From positions 65,347 through 129,346 of the forward strand of contig PCWA01000109.1 in assembly GCA_002796125.1 (NCBI GenBank): DNA of 64,000 nt, in the 5' to 3' direction. Made by a program: the position numbers and the translations under genes. Of the stretch, positions 31,814-40,655 are shown in pieces. The first letter of the stretch is position 1. Each line of letters begins with the position of its first letter. The DNA is from Candidatus Ghiorseimicrobium undicola (GTDB lineage: Bacteria; Omnitrophota; Gorgyraeia; Ghiorseimicrobiales; Ghiorseimicrobiaceae). The notes beneath the pieces were generated by a model that saw only the letters and a program-made list of their open reading frames with translations, was not told the origin of the DNA and made no database searches.

Positions 31814-34800
31814 TTATTTTGCTTCAGCGGGAGCCTCGGCTTCTGGAGCTTCTTCTTCAGGCTGGGTAATCACTTCTTCTTTTGAGCTATTTCTTTCTTT
31901 TAGTTTTGCGGAAATAATTTTCGAAACCCCCCGTTCCTGCATGGTAATACCGTACATAACATCTGCTGCGGTTATAGTTTTTTTATTATGCGTAATAACA
32001 AGAAACTGGGAAGTTTCTATGAATTCCTGCAATAATCTATTGAAGCGGTCAACATTGGACTCATCGAGAGCGGCATCAATTTCATCAAGCACGCAAAAAG
32101 GAGATGGCTTTATTTTAAAAACCGCGAATATCAAAGCTATGGCCGAAAGCGACTTTTCTCCCCCGGAAAGAAGCATGACGTTCTGTAGTTTCTTCCCGGG
32201 CGGCCGGGCGATTATCTCAATACCCGATTCTAAAACATCATTCTCATCTATCAGCATAAGCTGCGCTTCTCCGCCGCCGAAAAGCAGCCTGAAATAAATT
32301 TTAAATTGTTCGCCTACCTTAGCAAAAGTTTCCAGAAATAACTGTTTAGTTGTCTTATTTATTTTATTTATCGCCTCTTTTAACGATTCTTTAGCCGATA
32401 TTAAGTCATTCTGCTGGCTGGTCAGAAATTCAAACCTTTGCTTTAATTCATCGTATTCTTCGATAGCAACCAGATTGACCGTGCCCATTTTTTCGATTTT
32501 TGCCCTTAGTTCCCCTATCTCTTCAGAAACTTTCTGTCTATCAAAATCTTCATCTACGAGAGGAAGTTCATCTAAATTAATTCTATAAGATTGGGATAGC
32601 CTTTCTTTTATGGTAGATTTTTTGAATTCTATATCTTTATCCTGCATGCTTAATTGATGAATTCCATTTTTTATCCGGTCCAGTTCATTTCTAACCAAAG
32701 ATAAAGCCTGGTCCTTTTGCATTTCTTCTTCAGCCGCTTCTTCAAACCTTTTCCTCAAAATATCCAATTCTTCGGCCACGCCCTGCTTATCCAGGCCAGC
32801 CTTAACTACCTGATTGTTTAAATTTTGGCTTTCTTTCGCCAGCTCCCCGCTTCTGATAAAAGATGTTTGGATCTCTTGGCTAATACGTTCAAGCGAAGAT
32901 TGATCATTGCTTAGCGCCCCCTGCATTAGTTTAAGTGAATTGAACAAGGCTGTTTTTCTATCATCCAAAGAATTAATTTCAGCGCCACAACGCGCTATAG
33001 CTACAGTCATCTCTTCTTTAACTTCATTATTTTTAGCTATTTTTTCTTGTAATCCGGTAATCAACGACTCGCTCTCATTGCGTTTATTCTCCAGGTTTAC
33101 ACCTTCCATCTTTAACTCGCTGTATTTCAGGTTAGAGCTATCTAAATCCGCGTTTGACTCATCGTATTCTAAAGCTATCACTCCGGCCTCCTGGCATATT
33201 TTTTCCAATTGTTGTTCCAGGGCCTGTAAATTTGTTTTTTTGGCATTTAGGGATATTTCTTCCTGATGTATATTATCGCCTATATTAATTAAACCTGATT
33301 TAATTGCCGATAAAGATTGTTTTTCCACGCCTATTTTAGATCTAAAGCTGGAAAGTTCTTCGCCGATTTTGTTTATTTTTTCTTTTATTTTTTGCGTATC
33401 CAGCGGAATAGGCTTTAACTCGCAAGTAATCTGATACTTACCAGAATCGATTTGTCTTATCTCTTTAACTTTACTTAAAATACCGCTTAATTCACCCTGA
33501 GGCAGTTTATCCACAATCAAAATACCATCAAAAACTTCTGAGATATCCTCGTATTTTAATTTTAACTGTTCTAAAAACTCAAGCTGGGATTCAAGGCTCA
33601 CCCTTTGATTTTCAAGATTCTGAGCGGTTTCTTCCAGCAATCTAATGCTTTCTTCGGTATTATCAAGACTTTCTTTATGCCGGGCTTCATCCTGTCGCAG
33701 GATGGATATCTTGGTATTTAACTCATCAAACTCCGCCTTTAAAACCAAAACCTGTTCATCGAGCGAAGATTTTTCCTGGTCAATTTTTTCCTTTTCAATA
33801 ATAAGGCGTTTTTTACGGCTTGTGATATTTGAAATGCGCATGCCGATATCCGATAAATCATTATTTAAAAGCGCCTGCTTCTGGGCAATACTCAAAATAT
33901 CCAATTTCGACTGCGAAATATTATTATGGGCATTTTTAATCTCGGCTATTAACGCCTCGAGGTTCTTTTCTTTTTCCTTTAAATCTAAATCTTTATCCTG
34001 AAAATTTTTGGACAAGCCTGATAATTCTTCGCTTAACATATCAACCTTTTCCTGGTTCTCCTTTAACCTTGCCTGCAGGCCTATCTCCTGCTCCTTTAAG
34101 CTGTCCGTCCGGGAGTTTAACTCTAATATGCGTTCCTGATTCATTTTTATAAATTCTGTGTTTTTATCCACTAAACTAATAAGCGCGTACTCTTCAGTCT
34201 TTACCCTGTTTATTTCTGCCTCTATTTCCTGCGTGCGTTTACGCAATTGGTGGATCTGCGAATCCAAATCCGAAAGCTTGGTATTATTATCTATCTCTTC
34301 TTTTTTCAAGCTTTCTATTTTAACAAGGTAATCGCTTATTTCATTATCCAGCTCTAAAATTTGGCGCTTTGAAAATTTTATGTCCAAATCCTTTAATTTA
34401 TCAAACTCTTCCTTATAACGCCTGGCCTTGTTGGCTTGACGGTCTAATGAAGAAATCTGCCTTTTTACTTCGGCAATTATGTCACTAACGCGTAATAAGT
34501 TATTTTCCGTATCTTCTAATCTACGCAGGGCCTCTTTCTTCTTGGATTTATACTTAGTAACTCCAGCCGCTTCATCAAAGACGAGGCGGCGATCTTCCGG
34601 CCGGGAACTTAAAACCAGGTCTATTTTACCTTGTTCAACCAAAGAATAAGATTCCGCGCCTATTCCCGTGCCCGCGATAAGATCAATTATATCCTTAAGG
34701 CGCACTACTGTTTTATTTAAAAGATATTCGCTTTCTCCGGAACGGAATATTCTGCGCGTAATCGTTACCTCATCATAATCGGTAGGCAGAAATTTTGATT

Positions 34801-35059
34801 CGTTGGAAAATGTGAGGGATACTTCCGCGAGGTTTAACGGCGGCTTGTTTTCCGTGCCGTTAAAAATAACGTCTTCCATCTTCGAGCCGCGCAAAGATTT
34901 TATTGACTGCTCTCCTAAAACCCAACGGATACTGTCAAAGATATTACTTTTTCCGCACCCATTCGGCCCGACGATGGCGGTAATGCCCGGTTCAAAAATA
35001 AGCGTGGTTTTATCGGCGAAAGATTTAAAACCTATTATTTCCAGTTTTTTAAAGTACAT
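31814..35059 (-). CDS. smc: Chromosome partition protein SMC with an atypical short hinge
   Basis: GFKSF, GPNGCGKSN, LSGGEK, VLDEIDAALD, ITH; two long coiled coils; start at MYFKK (the 35071 start lies inside a repeat). Confidence 0.93.
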   Translation of the reverse strand: MYFKKLEIIGFKSFADKTTLIFEPGITAIVGPNGCGKSNIFDSIRWVLGEQSIKSLRGSKMEDVIFNGTENKPPLNLAEVSLTFSNESKFLPTDYDEVTITRRIFRSGESEYLLNKTVVRLKDIIDLIAGTGIGAESYSLVEQGKIDLVLSSRPEDRRLVFDEAAGVTKYKSKKKEALRRLEDTENNLLRVSDIIAEVKRQISSLDRQANKARRYKEEFDKLKDLDIKFSKRQILELDNEISDYLVKIESLKKEEIDNNTKLSDLDSQIHQLRKRTQEIEAEINRVKTEEYALISLVDKNTEFIKMNQERILELNSRTDSLKEQEIGLQARLKENQEKVDMLSEELSGLSKNFQDKDLDLKEKEKNLEALIAEIKNAHNNISQSKLDILSIAQKQALLNNDLSDIGMRISNITSRKKRLIIEKEKIDQEKSSLDEQVLVLKAEFDELNTKISILRQDEARHKESLDNTEESIRLLEETAQNLENQRVSLESQLEFLEQLKLKYEDISEVFDGILIVDKLPQGELSGILSKVKEIRQIDSGKYQITCELKPIPLDTQKIKEKINKIGEELSSFRSKIGVEKQSLSAIKSGLINIGDNIHQEEISLNAKKTNLQALEQQLEKICQEAGVIALEYDESNADLDSSNLKYSELKMEGVNLENKRNESESLITGLQEKIAKNNEVKEEMTVAIARCGAEINSLDDRKTALFNSLKLMQGALSNDQSSLERISQEIQTSFIRSGELAKESQNLNNQVVKAGLDKQGVAEELDILRKRFEEAAEEEMQKDQALSLVRNELDRIKNGIHQLSMQDKDIEFKKSTIKERLSQSYRINLDELPLVDEDFDRQKVSEEIGELRAKIEKMGTVNLVAIEEYDELKQRFEFLTSQQNDLISAKESLKEAINKINKTTKQLFLETFAKVGEQFKIYFRLLFGGGEAQLMLIDENDVLESGIEIIARPPGKKLQNVMLLSGGEKSLSAIALIFAVFKIKPSPFCVLDEIDAALDESNVDRFNRLLQEFIETSQFLVITHNKKTITAADVMYGITMQERGVSKIISAKLKERNSSKEEVITQPEEEAPEAEAPAEAK

Positions 35060-35171
35060 TAATGAGCGCATAACTTGCGGAGGCGAAGCCGACGTAAGTT
35101 ATAGGCGCGAATTAATCCCGAAGCCTACGCAATAAATTTCGAAGAAATTTACGAGTGTTTAGGCGAGGGAT
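35058..35171 (+). repeat. Module A + module B palindromic element
   Basis: ATTAAT GA GCGC ATAACTTGCG GA GGC GAA GCC GA CGTAAGTTAT AG GCGC GA ATTAAT, then ATCCC GAA GCCTA...TAAATTTC GAA GAAATTTA...TAGGC GA GGGAT. Confidence 0.9.
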
Positions 35172-35205
35172 AACGGTTATATATAATTAACAATCAATAA
35201 GCTGC

Positions 35206-36408
35206 CTACCTATTTAAAACCTCTTTAAATTTTTTCGTTAATAAAGGCACTGCTTCAAATACATCCGCGACAATACCATAAGTTGCCACGCTGAATATGG
35301 GTGCCTGCGGATCACTGTTTATAGCTATTATTATATCAGAAGATTGCATTCCTACCAAGTGTTGAATTTGCCCGGAAATTCCACAAGCTATATAAACTTT
35401 AGGGCAAACTGTTTTCCCGGTCTGCCCAACCTGATGAGAATAAGGCATCCAACCAGAATCAACCGCGGCACGCGAGGCACCAACGGCAGCCCCTAAAACC
35501 CTGGCTAATTCTTCAAGTAAGGCGAAATTTTTTGCCTCCTTTAGACCGCGGCCCCCGGACACTACAATATCAGCCTCCGTCAAGTTAACCGTAGCCGATA
35601 CCTCTTCTGCTATGTCCAGTATTTTTGTGCGCGAACTAAATTCCTCGGCTTCAAATGCTTCCTTGATGATTTTTCCCTTCCTTGTTTTATCTGTGCGCGC
35701 TTCCTTCATTACCTTATGCCTTACAGTCGCCATCTGGGGACGGAAATTCGGTGAAATTATTGTTGCCATAATATTGCCACCGAAAGCAGGCCGCGTCTGA
35801 AGCAGTATTTTCTTTTTTGCGTCAATATCCAAACCGGTACAATCAGCTGTCAGGCCGGTATAAAGCTTGACAGCGACCCTGGAAATAAGCGAACGCCCTA
35901 TGGAGGTAGCCCCGCATAGCACTATCTCCGGCTTATACTTTTCAATTAACTTAATAAGGATGTGGGAAAACGGCTCATCCAAATAATTGGCCAGATTCTC
36001 ATCATCCACCAAATAAATATTATCAGCCCCCCTGTATATCAATTCATCGCTACACTTTAATACATCATGCCCCAATAAAACACAGGATAAATCTACCCCC
36101 AGCTTATCGGCCAGCTCTCTGCCCTTACCTAACAATTCATAAACTACACTTTGCACAACAGCCTTTTTCTGTTCGGCAAACACCCAAACTCCCTTGTATT
36201 CCCCTAAATCCTTTGTTTCTTCTATCACTTGCGGCCTTGCTATCTCTATGGCATCAAATTTGCACACAGTTTTACAAGCGCCGCATAGATTACACTGATT
36301 AAAATCTACTATGGCAAGCTTATTTTCTACGCGCATTGCCCCGAAAGGACACGCGTTTACGCAAAGCGTGCACCCCTTACAGTTATCTTTCAATATTTTT
36401 ATGCTCAT
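35206..36408 (-). CDS. etfA: Electron transfer flavoprotein alpha subunit with an N-terminal 2x[4Fe-4S] ferredoxin domain
   Basis: CKGCTLCVNACP and CNLCGACKTVC; GLTADCT, RPAFGGN, QVGQTGK, GISGQIQH. Confidence 0.95.
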   Translation of the reverse strand: MSIKILKDNCKGCTLCVNACPFGAMRVENKLAIVDFNQCNLCGACKTVCKFDAIEIARPQVIEETKDLGEYKGVWVFAEQKKAVVQSVVYELLGKGRELADKLGVDLSCVLLGHDVLKCSDELIYRGADNIYLVDDENLANYLDEPFSHILIKLIEKYKPEIVLCGATSIGRSLISRVAVKLYTGLTADCTGLDIDAKKKILLQTRPAFGGNIMATIISPNFRPQMATVRHKVMKEARTDKTRKGKIIKEAFEAEEFSSRTKILDIAEEVSATVNLTEADIVVSGGRGLKEAKNFALLEELARVLGAAVGASRAAVDSGWMPYSHQVGQTGKTVCPKVYIACGISGQIQHLVGMQSSDIIIAINSDPQAPIFSVATYGIVADVFEAVPLLTKKFKEVLNR

Positions 36409-36422
36409 TTAATTTAACTCCC

Positions 36423-36524
36423 AATCTTATTGACTCTTGCTTTACCACTGGCATCAAGGTAGTCAATATTCCGTTTATGTTTTGCGGAATTTTTACCATT
36501 AGTTGTACAAAGCTCAATAAGATT
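36423..36524. mobile_element. MITE-like palindromic element with ~17-bp imperfect terminal inverted repeats
   Basis: AATCTTATTGACTCTTG ... CAAAGCTCAATAAGATT; second copy at 29141-29234. Confidence 0.75.
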
Positions 36525-36531
36525 TCAGTTT

Positions 36532-37311
36532 TTATATTATGCCTTTTAGGCCTTTGATGATCTGATCAGCAGCCTCATTAATGTCGCCGTCAAATATTTT
36601 ACCGTTTTTCCTTTTCTCCGGACTAAAAATCTTAACTACCTGCGTAGGAGACCCGTTTAAACCCAACAAACTGCCGCTAGCTGAAACATCCGCGGCCGTC
36701 CATTTAATAATAGAGGCCTGTTTTGCGCGCATCTTCCCCTTTAGCGAAGGCAGGCGCGGCTCATTTATCTCTTTAACCACCGTTAATAAAATTGGCAATT
36801 TCCCTTCTAATATTTCAAATCCCTCTTCGGTCATTCTCTCAACCTTAATTATTTTGTCTCCTATTTCTTCGATTTTCTTGACATAGGTTACCTGCGGCAA
36901 ATCCAGGTGTGCCGCTATTCCCGGCCCAACTTGAGCCGTATCTCCGTCTGAAGCCTGTTTGCCGCATAAGATAATATCAAAATCTTTAATTTTCTCTATC
37001 GCCCTTGATAAAGCATAGCTGGTAGCCCAGGTATCAGAGCCGGCAAACGCCCTATCCGATAAAAGTATCGCTTCATCAGCTCCTAAGGAAATTGCCTCTC
37101 TTAGAGCGGCCTCAGCCTGAGGCGGGCCCATGGTCAAAACAGTCACTTTGGCGCCAAACTTCTCTTTGATACGCAATCCTTCCTCAATAGCATACATATC
37201 AAACGGATTTATGATTGATTCAACGCCCTCTCTTACCAATGTATTGGTTTCGGGGTTTATCCGCACATTGGTCGTATCCGGAACTTGTTTAATACAAACT
37301 ATAACATTCAT
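36532..37311 (-). CDS. etfB: Electron transfer flavoprotein beta subunit
   Basis: CIKQVPD, INPFD, AGSDTWAT, DGDTAQVG. Confidence 0.96.
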   Translation of the reverse strand: MNVIVCIKQVPDTTNVRINPETNTLVREGVESIINPFDMYAIEEGLRIKEKFGAKVTVLTMGPPQAEAALREAISLGADEAILLSDRAFAGSDTWATSYALSRAIEKIKDFDIILCGKQASDGDTAQVGPGIAAHLDLPQVTYVKKIEEIGDKIIKVERMTEEGFEILEGKLPILLTVVKEINEPRLPSLKGKMRAKQASIIKWTAADVSASGSLLGLNGSPTQVVKIFSPEKRKNGKIFDGDINEAADQIIKGLKGII

Positions 37312-38927
37312 GTTTTATTACCTTTCTGTTTAATTACGGCCATAATAATAAACGGGATAAAAGCCATGCTAAGAACAATTAGCCCTGAAGCTAAAAAATA
37401 TACGTTGCTGGATTTCAAAAGCGGCATTGCGCCCAAAAAAGCATCTATTACGAAATGCGCTATAATTACTGTTTCCAGGCCGTATTTCAAAAATACGATC
37501 CCAAATATGAAACCGAATATCGTAAGCTCTACCGCCCTGACATAAGCGGGAAATACAGAATAGGTCGAATGGCCCAAGGCCCAAATCAAAGAAGAAATCA
37601 ATATCGCCGCCCAGGCGAATCTTACATATTTTTTTAAAAAAGAAATAGCAAATAACCTAAACATAAACTCTTCGCTGAAAGCGGCAGTCAAGGCTACGGT
37701 CAAAGGAAATAAAAACGGCATAGCCGTACCTAAAATATTTGAATATTCCGAATGCGGCGGCATCCAAATATTAAAAAATCTGGTTCCAATAAGGTAAAAT
37801 ATCGTAACATAACCTAAAAATATAAAACCCAGTGAATAACCGGCTATAACTTTCGGTAAAGCCAGAGATAACGTAAAATTTTTATCCCGCAGCGCATCAA
37901 GTAAAGGCGTTTTTGTCCGCCACATCGAACGCGCCAAACTATCCCCTACAGAACCATAAACAAAAACAGCCATGCCTAAAACCAAAGCATTTATGAAAGC
38001 GCTAAAAAAAGATATGATAATGAAGACGCCTTTGCTCATCGTATCGGGATACATACTCCACAGCAAGGGCAGGCAATTAATAAAATAAACTATATTAAAT
38101 AAAATAACTATACATCCGGCTACGAGGCCAAACCTCCAGTTAAGTTTATCATTTTTATATTCCGTAATCAACGTAAATATTGTGGCTATTACCAATAAAA
38201 ACGTAAAGATTACGCTTAGCAATGAAAGGGCCTCCCCTAATGCTATCTCTCGCTTTAATTCTCTTTTAAAAGCTTCGGGGATTTTAAGCTGCCTGGAATA
38301 ATAACCTAATTTATCACCGTAAACATAAACAAAAACCCTGATGACCGCGTCTTTTAGTTTATAATGTTTTTTCTCCCAACTAAAGCGGTAATCAGTCCTA
38401 TTTTTCTGTTTTTGCGTGCTGTTTTCCTTTAACTCATAATCCGACAGGTTTATGCCCTGCGAAGCGATAACCGAGCTTGCCAGCAATATGGCTTGGGCTT
38501 CTTCGAGGTCCGCCCCTTCGGCATCATCGAGAATAAGATGATGAAAGCTCAATACTTCGCCGGTACTAGGATCAATACGGACCTTAAACCCTTCCTTTTC
38601 CAGCTCCTTAAACCACCTTACTCTCCAGAACCAGATAGGGACTTCGCTGCCGGCTAATTGGTTAAACTTTTTTATGCCAAAATTCTTCTGTAAATAAGCG
38701 GCTCCTTCATCATCCGCATCAAATATCACGGCCTTATCGAAGCCGCTCAGGTCAAAATCCTGCCGGGACAAAAAAGCTTTTGCCCTGTTTAATGCCTCTT
38801 CTTTGGTTAATTTTATATCTACAGAAGCAATAGGAAAGGCATGGTTGAATAATAGAAGAAACGCGGATAACCCTGCGACAGCCAAAATCAACCATGCGAC
38901 CGATGAGACTATTTTGGGTCTTGCCAT
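37308..38927 (-). CDS. CPBP/Abi (CAAX-protease-like) intramembrane metalloprotease with an extracytoplasmic N-terminal domain
   Basis: EEFMFR, WALGH, IIAHFVID motifs within a multi-TM C-terminus. Confidence 0.85.
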   Translation of the reverse strand: MARPKIVSSVAWLILAVAGLSAFLLLFNHAFPIASVDIKLTKEEALNRAKAFLSRQDFDLSGFDKAVIFDADDEGAAYLQKNFGIKKFNQLAGSEVPIWFWRVRWFKELEKEGFKVRIDPSTGEVLSFHHLILDDAEGADLEEAQAILLASSVIASQGINLSDYELKENSTQKQKNRTDYRFSWEKKHYKLKDAVIRVFVYVYGDKLGYYSRQLKIPEAFKRELKREIALGEALSLLSVIFTFLLVIATIFTLITEYKNDKLNWRFGLVAGCIVILFNIVYFINCLPLLWSMYPDTMSKGVFIIISFFSAFINALVLGMAVFVYGSVGDSLARSMWRTKTPLLDALRDKNFTLSLALPKVIAGYSLGFIFLGYVTIFYLIGTRFFNIWMPPHSEYSNILGTAMPFLFPLTVALTAAFSEEFMFRLFAISFLKKYVRFAWAAILISSLIWALGHSTYSVFPAYVRAVELTIFGFIFGIVFLKYGLETVIIAHFVIDAFLGAMPLLKSSNVYFLASGLIVLSMAFIPFIIMAVIKQKGNKT

Positions 38928-38939
38928 AAACTATGCCGA

Positions 38940-40091
38940 CTACTTCGCCATTTCTTTGATTACCTGCAAGCCGATAATATTTCTTTGTATCTGGTTTGTT
39001 CCTTCGTAGATTTGAGTAATCTTGGCATCGCGCATAAATTTCTCTACCGGATAATCACGCATATAACCGTATCCGCCAAATATCTGCACGGCATCGGTCG
39101 CAACGCGCATCGCTGTATCAGAAGCGAATAATTTTGCCATCGCCGATTCCTTGCCAACGTTTGTTTTTCCGGCATCTACCATGCGGGCTACCGAATAAAC
39201 CAAAGCGCGTGCCGCCTCGGTCTGTGTCGCCATATCGGCAAGCATCCATTGCAAGCCCTGAAAACTTGAAATGGTTTTTCCGAACTGTATTCTTTCTTTG
39301 GAATATTTAACTGCCAAATCAAGAGCGCCTTGAGCAATGCCTACTGCCTGTGCCGCTACTCCGGGCCTGGACATATCAAATGTTTTCATCGTAACAATAA
39401 AACCCATGCCTTCTTTAGCTATCAGGTTTTCTTTAGGGATCTTGCAATCGCTAAAAATCAACTCGCGCGTAGAAGAAGCACGGATACCCATTTTTTCTTC
39501 TTTTTTGCCAAAAGTAAAACCCGGCGTACCCTTTTCAACTATAAAAGCAGAAGCGCCCCTGGCACCTTTATTTTTATCCGTCATGGCAATAACCGTATAA
39601 GTTTCCGCATCGCCTCCGTTTGTTATAAAATGTTTTACGCCGTTTAAGATATAATGCTCACCTTCTTTTTTCGCTGTCGTCTGAAGATTGGAAGCATCAG
39701 ATCCGGCAGAAGGCTCAGTAAGGCCGAAGGCGGCGATTTTCTTGCCGCTGGCCAAATCAGGAAGGTATTTTTTCTTTTGGGCATCGTTTCCATAAAGTAT
39801 TATCGGAAACGTACCCAGGGCGCTTGCGGCATAACTTACGGCAATGCCGCCGCATACGCGTGAAAATTCTTCGGTCGCAATACACAAATTAAGGACCCCA
39901 ACACCTATTCCGCCGTATTCTTCAGGTATAAATATACCAAACAAATCAGATTTTGCCATATCGGCTATTATCTCTTTGGGGAATTTTTCGCTTTTATCCA
40001 ATTCCGCGGCCCGGGGCTCTATTTTTTCCTTTGCTATCTGGCGGCATAAATCTCTAATCATAATTTGTTCTTCAGTCAATAAATAGTCCAA
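38940..40091 (-). CDS. Acyl-CoA dehydrogenase (Bcd/CarC-like)
   Basis: FGLTEPSAGSD, KMGIRAS, GGYGYMRDYPVE, IYEGTNQIQ; TTG start after GAGGAGGG. Confidence 0.94.
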   Translation of the reverse strand: MDYLLTEEQIMIRDLCRQIAKEKIEPRAAELDKSEKFPKEIIADMAKSDLFGIFIPEEYGGIGVGVLNLCIATEEFSRVCGGIAVSYAASALGTFPIILYGNDAQKKKYLPDLASGKKIAAFGLTEPSAGSDASNLQTTAKKEGEHYILNGVKHFITNGGDAETYTVIAMTDKNKGARGASAFIVEKGTPGFTFGKKEEKMGIRASSTRELIFSDCKIPKENLIAKEGMGFIVTMKTFDMSRPGVAAQAVGIAQGALDLAVKYSKERIQFGKTISSFQGLQWMLADMATQTEAARALVYSVARMVDAGKTNVGKESAMAKLFASDTAMRVATDAVQIFGGYGYMRDYPVEKFMRDAKITQIYEGTNQIQRNIIGLQVIKEMAK

Positions 40092-40104
40092 TTGTACCCT
40101 CCTC

Positions 40105-40141
40105 AATGAGCACATCCGCCCAAGGCGAGATAGTGCGAATT
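40105..40141 (+). repeat. Module A (short type)
   Basis: AAT GA GCAC ATC CGCC CAA GGCG AGATA GTGC GA ATT. Confidence 0.85.
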
Positions 40142-40147
40142 AATTCC

Positions 40148-40600
40148 TCATACTTCCTTTATCAAGGCAATTTCTTCACAATCCGGAAACTTTGGGCAAT
40201 TGCAACATTCCGCCCAAATCTTCTGCGGTAGTTCATTCTTATCCAGCTCATTAAACCCTATAGTTTTAAAATATTCTGGTTTATATGTCAAGACAAAAAT
40301 TTTCTTAACCGAAAAATCTTTGGCTTCATCCAGCGCCTTGGATATCAATTTACGCCCTATGCCTTTATTCTGCTTCTGTTCTGAAACAGCGAAAGATTTA
40401 AGCTCCGCAAGGCCCTGCCAGCCTAAAATATGCAAAGCGCAACAGCCATAGATATTACCCGCTTCTTCAAATATCCAAAAATCACGGATATTCTCATATA
40501 TCTCGTTCAATGAGCGGGCAAGCATCAAATCCTGCTTAGCAAAATTATTTATCAGCTTCTGAATACTTTCCGCGTCTTCTAATCTAGCTTTTCGAATCAT
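40148..40600 (-). CDS. GNAT N-acetyltransferase, short ArgA-like (amino-acid N-acetyltransferase)
   Basis: MLARSLNEIYENIRDF, LAELKSFAV, KIWAECCNCPKFPDC. Confidence 0.8.
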   Translation of the reverse strand: MIRKARLEDAESIQKLINNFAKQDLMLARSLNEIYENIRDFWIFEEAGNIYGCCALHILGWQGLAELKSFAVSEQKQNKGIGRKLISKALDEAKDFSVKKIFVLTYKPEYFKTIGFNELDKNELPQKIWAECCNCPKFPDCEEIALIKEV

Positions 40601-40601
40601 T

Positions 40602-40655
40602 TAATGAGCCCACAACTTACGGAGCAAAGCGAACGTAAGTTGTATGGGCGAATTA
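40602..40655 (+). repeat. Module A (long type), filling the glgC-GNAT gap
   Basis: TAAT GA GCCC ACAACTTACG GA GC AAA GC GAA CGTAAGTTGT AT GGGC GA ATTA. Confidence 0.9.
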
